From contig JBGPKU010000008.1 of the NCBI GenBank assembly GCA_041486085.1, forward strand, positions 2,806-66,805: DNA of 64,000 nt, read 5' to 3'. The stretch's first letter is position 1. Every line of letters begins with the position of its first letter. This DNA comes from Candidatus Limnocylindria bacterium. Lineage in GTDB: Bacteria; Chloroflexota; Limnocylindria; P2-11E. The notes under the pieces are model-generated. The model was not told the DNA's origin and made no database searches. It saw nothing but the letters and a program-made list of their open reading frames with translations. Shown in pieces: positions 48,456 to 58,800 of this stretch. The position numbers and the translations under genes were made by a program.

Positions 48456-50321
48456 TTACGGCGTGCTGCTGTCTTCCTTCGACAGAAGTCGGTCGAAGGC
48501 GAGTCCGCTGGAGCCCTCGCCGCGACCAGTCTGGCGGCGCATGCCAAGCCAGACGAAGACGCGTCCGTCGAGCCAACGAGTCCGCTCGAAGGCTTGCGTG
48601 ACGCGCGTACCCGCGCGCGGTACTTCCTCATCAGGAACGAGGTACGCCTGCGGCGTTGGCTCGTCGAGGCCGGCGCGCAGCACTGACGTACGGGGCCGCA
48701 CCTTGATCGGTGCGTAGCCGTCCCCCTCGATCAGCCGCAGCAGGCCGGCGCGCTGGAGCTCGATCGCCCGCGTGCTCCCCTTCGCGCGCACGCCGATGAA
48801 GGGGATCCAATGCTCGGGGATCGTGCTCATGGCGTCGTAGCGGACCGTCGCGGCATTCTCGAGAGGTGGGGTCGACGGCGGATTGCCGGCCGCGTCGACC
48901 AGTCGCTGGTGGTAGGCGCGGGTCTCCCGCGCGGCGGTGCTGCCGGCGCGCGGACGGCCATCCGGAGCTGGGATCGTCTTCTCGATCCCCCAGACCATGT
49001 TCGCCATCTCGTCCCGAATGAACAGCACCTCCTCGAGCGGCCTGCCCTCCTGCACCTTCGGAACGACCGGCAGCAATACGAGGCTCGTGTCAGCCGCCGC
49101 CCCCGTGGCCCTCACGTTGACGGTGAACATCGCCCAGCGCTGCCAATCGTCGTCGGCGCCGGACCCGGCAGCGTCGATCCAGAAGCGCTCGCCGAAGGTG
49201 CTCGTCACGACTATGCCCTCGGCCTTCGCGATCGTGGCACCCGGCAGTGTGAAGGGAACCACGAACCAATCGTTCGAGTACACGAGGCCGAACTCGATGA
49301 ACAGCAGCTTGGCAAGATCGGTCGTGTCCGGACGGATCGCGCCGAAGTTCGTGTGGCCGTCCTCGATCGTCCACCAGCGTGGATGCGGCATCCCCGGATA
49401 GCGCACTGGCACCGGCAGCATCGTCCGGGCGGCCGCGATCTCCGGGTCGGATCCCCCGGTCGCGGCGCCCAGTGCCGGCGCGCTCGGGTCGATGTCGAAG
49501 CTATGCCAGTCGAGCGGACCGCCGTAGTACTCCTCGGCGGCGTAGGCCTTTTCCAGGTCCCCGGTACGCGCGGCGGCCGCGAATTGGTACTCGAGACGAT
49601 GGGAGCGCCATGCCGGATTGTCGTCGGTGCCCGGTTGGGCGAAGAGCCGGTCGACCCACGCAAGGAATTCGGCGGCGGCGACGTCGAGCGCCGGCTTGTG
49701 CGCATCGAGCACCGTGATCCCGTCGTACGCGTGGTGCGTGCCGGCGGCGCGCACGTAAGAGTAGAGCGCGCCGCCGTCCATGGCTCGTCCGCTTGAGGCC
49801 GCGAACGCCTGCCAGACCTCCACGTGGGCACAGACGGCGGCATCCTCGCGCCGCGCCGGATCCGGCGGGGTGAACGGGTACCGCGTCGTGAATTGGGATG
49901 CGTAAGCGCCGATCGGCTTGATGAGCCGCAGCCATCGACGTCCGAGTGCCAGCCGCAGGTCGAGCGCGGCCTTGTCGGTCCCGTTGAACCACCGCAGGGG
50001 CCTGGGCTGGACCTGCGCCTCGAGCGGTACGTTCAGGTCGAGCTCGGTCGCGCCGGCATCGCCAAGGCGCAGGCGCGTCAGCGGCGTGGTGGTGACCGCA
50101 ACGCGCGCACGCACCGGTGAGCCCGCGTCCTCGCCGTGCAGCTCGCCGGCCTGCCATTGCCGCGTCAGCATCCACAGGGCATCGCGTACCTCGCAGCGCA
50201 GAGCGCGCTCGAAGTTGATCGTCCGCGGGCGGCCCTCGAGCCGATTCCACATGGTGATGCTCGGATAGAGCCGGCCCTTGAGGGCCGCCTGAAGGTCCTT
50301 GATCGCGAGGCGATCAGCCAC
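48456..50321 (-). CDS. Giant-operon gene 5: 621-aa hypothetical protein
   Basis: GTG 50321 (VADRLAIKDLQAALKG...) overlaps the upstream stop by 8 nt, with GGGGAG about 11 nt upstream. The composition is balanced and Trp-rich (LWMLTRQWQAGELHGEDAGSP, PHPRWWTIEDGHTNFG, YSNDWFVVPF). I recognise no family. Confidence 0.8.
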   Translation of the reverse strand: MADRLAIKDLQAALKGRLYPSITMWNRLEGRPRTINFERALRCEVRDALWMLTRQWQAGELHGEDAGSPVRARVAVTTTPLTRLRLGDAGATELDLNVPLEAQVQPRPLRWFNGTDKAALDLRLALGRRWLRLIKPIGAYASQFTTRYPFTPPDPARREDAAVCAHVEVWQAFAASSGRAMDGGALYSYVRAAGTHHAYDGITVLDAHKPALDVAAAEFLAWVDRLFAQPGTDDNPAWRSHRLEYQFAAAARTGDLEKAYAAEEYYGGPLDWHSFDIDPSAPALGAATGGSDPEIAAARTMLPVPVRYPGMPHPRWWTIEDGHTNFGAIRPDTTDLAKLLFIEFGLVYSNDWFVVPFTLPGATIAKAEGIVVTSTFGERFWIDAAGSGADDDWQRWAMFTVNVRATGAAADTSLVLLPVVPKVQEGRPLEEVLFIRDEMANMVWGIEKTIPAPDGRPRAGSTAARETRAYHQRLVDAAGNPPSTPPLENAATVRYDAMSTIPEHWIPFIGVRAKGSTRAIELQRAGLLRLIEGDGYAPIKVRPRTSVLRAGLDEPTPQAYLVPDEEVPRAGTRVTQAFERTRWLDGRVFVWLGMRRQTGRGEGSSGLAFDRLLSKEDSSTP

Positions 50322-53300
50322 GGTCCCGCAGCTCCCCTGCGAAGTTGTTGACCCTCGCAAGATTCGCGGCGATCGAGATCCCGTACAGCATGGCCGCACT
50401 GGTGGTGGCGGGCAGGAAGCGTGCGTACGGCGTCGGCTCGACCTGTGCCGGCTCCACCGCGCGCAGGCGCGCGAGGGCCAGGGCCTCGTCGATCGCCCCG
50501 AGCAGCTCGTTCCATCCCCAGGCAGGCTGACCGGCACTCGGGGTGACCAGCAGCCAGGACTGGGGCGGCTCGGAATTCGGGCGGTCGTAGTGGAACGCGA
50601 GGCCCGCCGTCTCCTCGCGCGTGGGTATGACTTCCGTCCATTCATCCAGCAACAGGCCGCAGGTCGCCCTTGTCGGATCGAACGGCACGGCGTGATGTGC
50701 GGTGTACAGGAGCCGCTCGCCGTCGGGAGGCTTGGTGGGATCGAACTCGAGCGCGAGCCAGCTCTCGCCGAGCCGATAGGGCAGCTGGACCGGAAGCAGG
50801 TCGAGCTCAGCGCCGCTCAGGACCTCCGTCATGAGCACGGTCTGCTCCCACTCGAACACCTTCTCCCGCACCCGTGCGACGCCATGCAGCCAGTCGTCGA
50901 CGGGGAACGTGACTCCGTGGGCCGACCGCACGTACGCCGTGAGCGCGCCGCTGCGGCTCGCGTCGAGCGCATTGCCGAGCTCGGCGGCGTGCTGGGCACT
51001 GACCGTGAACTCAGGGATCAGGCGCGTTTCCTCACCCAGGAGGGCGACGCCCGCGTTCTGCAGCGCGCTCACCCGGGCCGGCGGATCGCTCGCGGCGTCG
51101 TGCTCGGCCAGGAGCGCGTCCGCCGCCTGTACACGTTTCGCCAATTCCTTTCGCAGGACATCCACGCGAGCTTGCGCGTCCGCCAGGAAGCGATCGACGT
51201 CGCGCGGGAGATCGTCGATCGCGAACGGAGCTGGGTCGAAGGCGTTCAGCGGCAGCGCCGCCTGCGCGGCCGCGAGCAGCGGTGCCAGGCGCGGATCTGC
51301 CGTGGCGACGATCGTCTCGAGGTCGCCGCGCTTGTTCGCGAGCGCGTTGCGCCGAAGAAGGAGCGCCGCGCGATACGCGATCGGCGTGGCGGGCCGCGGT
51401 TCCATCGCCGCGGCGGCGATGAGCAGATCCAAGCGACCAAGGAGGGTGAACTGCTCCAGATCGCTCAGGCCTCCTGCGTTGGCATCGAAGTCGATCAGCC
51501 CTTGGTCGAAACCCGCCAGGTGCTCCTTCCAGCGCTGAATGACGGTGCTGAACCGATCGACGATGTCCGCGAACGCGCGACGACGCCATTCGTACATGAA
51601 TCCCCAGCCGACCTGCGCGAGCCCGAAACGCGCGGCGCGCTCGAACAGGCTCGTCACCACGTCGATCGCCGCGTCGACCGGTGCCGCGACGACCGCGTTG
51701 GTGACGTCGGTCAGCAATGCGTTCATGCCGTCGCGCACCAACCGCACCCGATCGCGGTCGATCGTCGCCGTCGCGTCAGCCTTCCGCTCGGCCTCTCCGG
51801 TCAGCGCGATGTCGGTCGGGCGGAGCGGTCGTGAGCGCAGGAGCAGGGCCTGCAGGCTGCGCACGAGCGGCGCGAGCTCAAAAAAAGTGATGCGCCCGGC
51901 CTGACGAGCGGTGTGGCGCAGAGCGATCGCGGCGTCGGAACGCGGGTTCTGCGTCGCGAACACGTACCGGAGGATGCGATCGTCGAGCTCGCTCATCGCG
52001 GCCTCGCCGTCGAGAACGGCGATGTGCACCAAGTCGATGGGTTGCAGCTGCAGCTGGCGCTGCGTGACCGCCACCTGATGCGCGCTGCTGTCGACCGGGT
52101 CGATCCATTCCACCAGACAGACGACCTGGTCCGGATCCGGCAGCTGCGCAGCCAGCCAGCTGTTGACCATCGCCTGTGCCTGGGCACGCGGACTCATCGG
52201 GATCCCCGCGAGCGGCGACACAGCCGGATCGACGCCCGCCTCGAGCTGCAGACCGAGGCGGTGGGTCAGACCGAAGCCACTACGCGGTGTTCGAATGACC
52301 GCCGGCTCCGGCGGGAAGGTGCCTTTGGCGTACGCATCCAATGTCGCGCCGACCTGGTCGTAGTTGCCGAGCACGGATTGATGCACGCTCTCGGCCAGCG
52401 CGAGATCGGCGAGGGCGTCATAAGCGTCGTGCAGGTGCTCGACCTCGAGCGAGATCGCGGCGGCTTCATCGGTCGAGGCGGACGGGAGCGCGAGGCCGAA
52501 TGGATAGGTGCGATTGCCGGTGGTGCGCACGTGATCGACGAGCTTCAGCCCGTCGACGACATGACTGGCCTCGACCGCTTCGATGGGAACGTCGGGCCCG
52601 GTCTTGGTCGATGCCATCTGATCGGCGACCAGCGGGAAGAGCTTGCGCAGCGCGTAGAGATAGCGATCGAGCTCGAGTGCGTCATCGCGTTCGTGCAGCC
52701 CCCGTTGAAGTCGGTACCCAAGAAGCGCGCCCAACGGCTGACCGTTGCGGATTCCCTCGATCACACCGAGCGCCACACGGACTCGGTCGGAGGACAGATT
52801 GACGGCCAGCGCGCCGGGCGTGGCCGCCGATGCGTTCGCCAGGTAACCCGCGCGGAGGATCGCCGCGGTGGTGGCCTGATTCATCGACGGCGCGAAGATG
52901 AAGCCACCGTTCCCGGGGTCGTGGAGGACGGGATCCTTCGACCCGTGTGCGCCGCCGAGCGCGCCTGGAGGCTCGGCAACGGTGAGTTGCGCGCTCTTGC
53001 GAGACAGTCCTTCGAGGCAGCCATACGCGCCGACGTGGATGCCGCGACGAGGGGCTCCGCCGTCCGCGCCGTAGCGCGAGGCGGCCAAGCGGTAATGCAC
53101 CAGGCCGAGCAGCCATGCGTCGAGCCGGTGGCTCGCGAGGTCGATGTGTTCGGCCAGGCAGCGTTCGAGTCGCGCGGTCGGCACGTCCTTGAGCAGATCG
53201 AGCGCCTCAACCTGATCGGCGAGACGCGCACTCGAAGACGACGCACCCTGTCCGCCGATCAGCCGGCCGATGTGGTCCGCGATCGTCCGATCCGGATCCT

Positions 53301-55848
53301 GCGTGATCTGGGCGTCGGTGCGGTACAGGTAATGGAAGCGGCTCTCCGAAGCCTCCGCGCTCTGCTGGACGTGGACGAACGACGCCTCGCGGCGAGCCTG
53401 TCCCGCGGCGGTGGTCGTCAGCACCTGCGCGTCGAGGTGCAGCTGCAGGCTCGTGTCCCAGTAGCCGAGCATCAACGCGTGCCGCAGGAGGACGAAGAGC
53501 AGCGCATCGGGGGCGCGGTCTTGAGTGAAGCCACGCTCGAGCCGAAGATCTTCAAAGGAGCGCGCGGCGTCGATGAGCCACTTGATGTAGTTGCGCCCGT
53601 CGGGAGTCCAGACCCGGATCGCATCGTGCTCGGAGAGCGGCCGATCGTCGATGATCGGGCCGTTCAATCGGGTGGAGCGCGACAAGAAGAACTTCGCGAG
53701 CGCGTCGGGTTCGACGTCCCCGGTGTAACCCAGGCGCCGCAGAAGGTCCATGGCGGGTTGCTGCAGATGGCGCGTCTGCAGGCTCTGGAAGATCACGGCG
53801 GCGAGGCCGTGCAGCTTGGCGGCGTTGAAGAGGTGATCGAGGCTCTCGGCGTAGCGCTGATGGAACTCGACCGACGCCGGGTGTAGGCCGATCACATCGA
53901 GCAGGACCTGGTGCGCGTCACCCGGCTTTCCGACGTACGCGACCTGATCGGCGAGCTTGGTCCAGTCCTTTCGGACCGTCGCCAGCACGCGGGCCAGGCC
54001 GGACATGACCTGGGCGAGCTGGGGCGGCGCCTCAAGCCCCGCGATCCTCGGCCACTCGGCACCGCGCTCGCTCGGCTGATCGGCGCGATCCGGAGGACTG
54101 ATCGGGAGCACGCCGTACGGCTGATGACCGATGCGCAGGCTCGGGAGGAATCCGCGTCCGCTGACGAAGTGTTGGGCGAACCAACGCGTGATCTCGATCT
54201 GTTCGGGCGTGAAGACCGGGGTGAGCATCGTCTCCATCGCGTAGCCGAACGTCGCGGGCCACAGCGCGCGGTTGAGCGCCCGCGCCTCGGCCTGATCCTG
54301 GCCGGACGCGTGGGCCACGCCTTGAAAGACGTCGAGGCCTACGCCCAGCGCGTCAGCCAGCCACTGGCCGTCACGCCTCTTCCACCAGTCGGCCGTCGCG
54401 GCGAGGGTGCTGGCGCGAGCATCGAATGACGCGTCCGGGTCATCCCTTCGGCTGTACCCCGAGTCCGCGGCCTCCGTGTTGTTGGTCGGCGTGCCCTGCG
54501 GAACGAACGCGAGGCCCGCGCTGCCGTAGCGATGATGCGTGAGCAGCTGCTCGAGCGCGGTCGCCGCTTCATCGGGGCTCTTCGCGAGCCGCAGTCCGAG
54601 GACGACCAGCCGCTCGATCGGCGAGGCGAGGTCGACCTTGGCGGAGTCCAGTCGGACCTTGATCCCCATGCCCACGCTCACGGCCTCGTCGAAATCGACC
54701 ATCCAGCGCATCTCTTTGGGCACGATCAGCTCACCGTCGTCGTCATGCTTGAGCTGCTCGTCGAGGGGAGATGACGGGTCCGGGCCGGCGATGAGATCGG
54801 CCGGGATGACCTTGCCCATTCCTTCGAATACGACGCGGCCGGACTGATAGCCGACGGCGACGAAGCGATCGGGCAGCAGGCGCACGCGCGGCGGTTCGGT
54901 CCAGGAGCGCGTCTTGGTCGCGAGCGCGGGCAAGCTCAACCAACCCACGCTGACCGACACGTCGGCGCGCGCAAGCGGAGCGGCTGGAGCCGCGGAGAGA
55001 TTGGCCGGCTCGAACTGCGCGATCAGCGCGACGGGGTCGATGCCGAGCGCGCCCGCGAGCGCGGCCCGGGCACCATCGATCCCCGTCTGGTCGCCCTCGG
55101 CTCGCCAGACCGCCACCCAGTAGTCGCTCAGAGCGTCGCGCGCCTGCGCCGCCGGCGGCGCGTCCGTGACGATCACGAGGATGAGGTCCTCGGCCTTCGG
55201 CTTGACCGGCTTCTCGTTGAGGTTCGCGGGCTGAAGCTCGTGAAGGATCCACGCTGCGCGGCCGCTGCCATGGCTCGCGCACAGGTCCCGCCAAGCCGCG
55301 CGCTCCTGCGCGTCGATTCCACCCGCCGCCCAGGCGCCGATCCAATAACGGCGGCCGCTCGCGGCCTCCGTGTCCGACAGCATCGCCTCGAAGGAGTCGA
55401 CCGAACAGTCGTCCGGATAGACGCGGATCCACAGCTCATCCGCGGGCGCGAGCTCGTCGGCGATGTGGTGAAAACGGGTCTCCAGCCGAATGGGAAGGAG
55501 GAGGATCGGTATCGAACTTTCGAGCGCGGGCGAAACGGTGCGAGGATCGCTGCGGGTCTCGTAGCTCGCGACGAGCCGGTCACGCTCGAGTCGCGCGGTC
55601 TCGAGCTCCTCGCGTGCGACGCGACTCTCACGGCGCGCGGCCTCGAGAAGGGCCTCCGTTCGCGCCCGCGCCTCGGCGGAGCTCCGTGTTCCGACGCGCG
55701 CCATTGCGGTGAGCTCCGCCTCCAATCGGCGGACGCGCTGCTGGATCGAGCGAGCCTTGGCTTCGGCGGCATCGGCAGCGTCGCGCGCGCGCGCGAGGCC
55801 GCTGCGGGCGCGGTCGAAGTCGGCGAAGGCGCTCGTGTCTCTACGCAT
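50314..55848 (-). CDS. Giant-operon gene 4: 1844-aa hypothetical protein with an N-terminal coiled-coil-like segment
   Basis: An uninterrupted 5.5-kb ORF. Its ATG overlaps the upstream stop (ATGcgTAG). The first ~90 aa are Ala/Arg/Glu heptad-like, followed by PILLLPIRLETRF and WIRVYPDD. No NTPase, protease or repeat motif was seen. Confidence 0.85.
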   Translation of the reverse strand: MRRDTSAFADFDRARSGLARARDAADAAEAKARSIQQRVRRLEAELTAMARVGTRSSAEARARTEALLEAARRESRVAREELETARLERDRLVASYETRSDPRTVSPALESSIPILLLPIRLETRFHHIADELAPADELWIRVYPDDCSVDSFEAMLSDTEAASGRRYWIGAWAAGGIDAQERAAWRDLCASHGSGRAAWILHELQPANLNEKPVKPKAEDLILVIVTDAPPAAQARDALSDYWVAVWRAEGDQTGIDGARAALAGALGIDPVALIAQFEPANLSAAPAAPLARADVSVSVGWLSLPALATKTRSWTEPPRVRLLPDRFVAVGYQSGRVVFEGMGKVIPADLIAGPDPSSPLDEQLKHDDDGELIVPKEMRWMVDFDEAVSVGMGIKVRLDSAKVDLASPIERLVVLGLRLAKSPDEAATALEQLLTHHRYGSAGLAFVPQGTPTNNTEAADSGYSRRDDPDASFDARASTLAATADWWKRRDGQWLADALGVGLDVFQGVAHASGQDQAEARALNRALWPATFGYAMETMLTPVFTPEQIEITRWFAQHFVSGRGFLPSLRIGHQPYGVLPISPPDRADQPSERGAEWPRIAGLEAPPQLAQVMSGLARVLATVRKDWTKLADQVAYVGKPGDAHQVLLDVIGLHPASVEFHQRYAESLDHLFNAAKLHGLAAVIFQSLQTRHLQQPAMDLLRRLGYTGDVEPDALAKFFLSRSTRLNGPIIDDRPLSEHDAIRVWTPDGRNYIKWLIDAARSFEDLRLERGFTQDRAPDALLFVLLRHALMLGYWDTSLQLHLDAQVLTTTAAGQARREASFVHVQQSAEASESRFHYLYRTDAQITQDPDRTIADHIGRLIGGQGASSSSARLADQVEALDLLKDVPTARLERCLAEHIDLASHRLDAWLLGLVHYRLAASRYGADGGAPRRGIHVGAYGCLEGLSRKSAQLTVAEPPGALGGAHGSKDPVLHDPGNGGFIFAPSMNQATTAAILRAGYLANASAATPGALAVNLSSDRVRVALGVIEGIRNGQPLGALLGYRLQRGLHERDDALELDRYLYALRKLFPLVADQMASTKTGPDVPIEAVEASHVVDGLKLVDHVRTTGNRTYPFGLALPSASTDEAAAISLEVEHLHDAYDALADLALAESVHQSVLGNYDQVGATLDAYAKGTFPPEPAVIRTPRSGFGLTHRLGLQLEAGVDPAVSPLAGIPMSPRAQAQAMVNSWLAAQLPDPDQVVCLVEWIDPVDSSAHQVAVTQRQLQLQPIDLVHIAVLDGEAAMSELDDRILRYVFATQNPRSDAAIALRHTARQAGRITFFELAPLVRSLQALLLRSRPLRPTDIALTGEAERKADATATIDRDRVRLVRDGMNALLTDVTNAVVAAPVDAAIDVVTSLFERAARFGLAQVGWGFMYEWRRRAFADIVDRFSTVIQRWKEHLAGFDQGLIDFDANAGGLSDLEQFTLLGRLDLLIAAAAMEPRPATPIAYRAALLLRRNALANKRGDLETIVATADPRLAPLLAAAQAALPLNAFDPAPFAIDDLPRDVDRFLADAQARVDVLRKELAKRVQAADALLAEHDAASDPPARVSALQNAGVALLGEETRLIPEFTVSAQHAAELGNALDASRSGALTAYVRSAHGVTFPVDDWLHGVARVREKVFEWEQTVLMTEVLSGAELDLLPVQLPYRLGESWLALEFDPTKPPDGERLLYTAHHAVPFDPTRATCGLLLDEWTEVIPTREETAGLAFHYDRPNSEPPQSWLLVTPSAGQPAWGWNELLGAIDEALALARLRAVEPAQVEPTPYARFLPATTSAAMLYGISIAANLARVNNFAGELRDRG

Positions 55849-58800
55849 TGGGCAGCATCTCCGCGGCGTGGATGGCGACCATGACCGGCGCCTGATAGAG
55901 GATGTACGCGAGCTCGGCCGCGCTCACCGTCGCGTCCCACGCGACCTTCGCGTCGTCGAGACGCTGCGGCTCCTTCTCCTGCTGGTCCGGCGGCGAGCCT
56001 CCCGGGATCGCGATGTTCGGACTCGCGGGTCGCACGAAAGCACCGGCCATCGGCACGCGGTCCCATCCAAGGTCGTTCCAGACCACCAGCGGATCGGCCG
56101 ACTTCTCGTCGAAGCCGAAACGCGGCTCACCAGGACGTTCCTTGAGCACGAAGAACCAGCCGGCCGGATCATCGGGCGCATCCCCGCTGCCGCCTCTGGC
56201 CTCGGGCACGGTGAGATCGAAGCCGAAGAAGTAGATGTCGGGCTCGATCTTTGCCTCGTACAGCGGCGTGCGCAGCTTCGAGCGCGGCGGGTCGGCCTCT
56301 TCCGCTTCGCCGATCTCGATCAGGTGGCGCTCGACCGACGGATCGATCTTCCCGGCCGTGCGCGCCCACTCGGCCCGCTGCGCGTAGATGACGGCGTTCG
56401 GGTAGCGCTTGAGCAGCTCCCCGCGGATCACGAGGACGACCTCCTCCTCGTTGTCGCCGGGACGCTCCCGGGCATCGTGCGCACCGAGCGCGGAGCTGCG
56501 CGGCCAGCGATGGATCGGCGGGATGTCCCGCAGCTTCTCGCGGAGCGCTTCCACGTCGCTACCCGCCGCGGCAAGGAAGGCGGACACGTCCCAGAACTGG
56601 CGAAATGAGCTGCCCCGCTGGTCCGTCGGGTACTCCCGCCACAGCAGCTCGCGCGCGAACTCATGGTTCAGGCCGACCATGTACGCCTCGATGAATTTCT
56701 GATTCGTCTCGAGCAGCGTGACGCTGTTGGTCTCGATCAGATTGACGTTGGGCACGAGCAGATCGCCCGAGAGGTCGGCCAGCGGTCGATACATCGGGAT
56801 GTCGAACACCGGATAGGCCCACGCTTCGGTCAAGGGGTCCGGTCGCTCGGCGCGGATGCGCGCCGGTATGTCGATGTTCGCGGACGCACGGCGGGTGATG
56901 GTCACCGCTGGATCGAGCGCCCGCACGACACCCGCCGCTTCCGCGGCCAGGTCGAGCCGTGGACGCGGCGGCCCGTTCTCGCCGACCCGGTCCGCCGTCC
57001 TGGTCGCCTCGAGAAGCGCGTGGAGGTTGGTCAGCGCGGTCTTGAAGCGCACGGCTTCGGCGCTATCGGGCCCTCCTGGGCTCAGCGTCACACCGGCCCC
57101 CGGTCCCGAGGACGGCGCCGTGACGGCGAAGTCCGGGCTGGCGGGCAGCCCCGCCGTGGCCGCCGGCGTCTGGCCCTCTTCGGTGAGCGCGTCGGACCTG
57201 GCGATCTGGCCGCGCGTCCGAACGAGCCACGCCGCGAGAGCCAGCCCAGCCAGCACAACGGCGGCCGCGACCGCCACTGCGGCGAGAAGGAAGAAGAGCA
57301 CCAGCGCGATGCCGAGCGCCAGAAGCACGATCAGATAGGGCAGCCACGGCGCGCGCCGGAGGAGCTCCATCAACCAGCGCGGCGTGGCCCCCGGCAGCGC
57401 CCCGGCGGCCAGGTCGCGCACGGTGACGACACCGGCGGGCGTGGTCTTCGGCGGCACGGGAGCCAGCTCGCCGGAGTTCACGCGTTCGATCAGGTCGCCG
57501 CGAGGAGCGAGCGGGCCGAACGCGAGTGCTCGCATGAGCGGACCGCGAGGTCGCAGCATCCGTCGCATCGGCGACGACAGCAGGCTTGGCGGCACCGCGC
57601 TTGCGGCCACGCGCGTTCGCAACGTCACGCCGGTCGAGGCGAGCGCGCGGCCGTGCAGCGGCGCGGTCAGGGCGAGCGCGTGCGTCGGGCTGCGCTCGAC
57701 GAACGGCTGAAGGTGGACGCGGTGCCAGACCAGGGAGGTCTGCTGCGCGAGCTGGAGTCGACGAATGCGACGGTTTGCCTCGAGGACATCCCCGACCTGA
57801 TCCCAGGCCGAAGCCATCAGGTCCTCTTGTTTGTCCTGGACGACCAGCGTCCCGAAGCCCGCGGGCACGCGGAAACGCGGATCCAGGTTGAGCTCGTGCA
57901 CCCAGTTCGCCGCGTCGGGGAGCGGGCTCTTGTCGCGGCCGTACAGCAGGCGCGACGTCAGCGCGTGCCAGCGCCCGTACAGCGGTGACGTGATCACCGG
58001 ATCGGGATCGCTCCCGACACCCGGCAGCCCGGTCGCGACGTTCGCGGCGGCCGCGGGCATCGATGCGTAGTCGTCATTCAGGTTGATGAAGCTCGCGAGC
58101 TGGCGCTGGAATGGATGCGGGTACGGCTGTGCCCAGCTCTCGTCGCGTTCCACGGCACGCAGCTCGTCGGGCGACAGGCTCGAGCGCGGGACCCGCAGGG
58201 CACCACCAAGCTTGAGCGCGCCGTGCAGCGCGGGATCGACGATCCCGGGCAGATTCGATCCCGGGCGCTGCACGTCCATGTCACGCACGCCGACGCGCCT
58301 GTCGACCGGCTTCGGCTGCAGCAGCCGCACGAGATACTCGAAGTCGCCGATCGCACCCGTGCGGAAGAACCAGCGGTAGTACACCGGGAAGCGGTCGGCG
58401 TCGGGCCGGTTGGCGTACGCCGCCCACGCCGACGCGGTCGCGCTGGACGCCAGCGCCGGATCGAGCTTCATGCCCGCCAGCCGGCCCGCTTCGAACGTCG
58501 GTATGACGAACGCGTGATACGCCTTGTTGGGTTCGAGCTTGCGCGGACAGACCAGGCGCGAATACGCGAGGTCGGCGCTCTCCGCGAGCACCGCGCCGAG
58601 ACGGCCCGCAACAGCCGCGGTGTCGCTCGACACGATCTCGGCCGGGTTCGCGCCGAGGCTGCGATTGACGTGAACGTGCGCCCACGCCCAGAGGTCGTCG
58701 GCGCGAGGCAGCAGTGCGGCGTGCTGCGCCACCGGGATCGCGATGAGGGGCAGGCCGCCCTCGCGGGCGCTGCCCGCGGGTGCGAACTCGTCCTCGGCGA

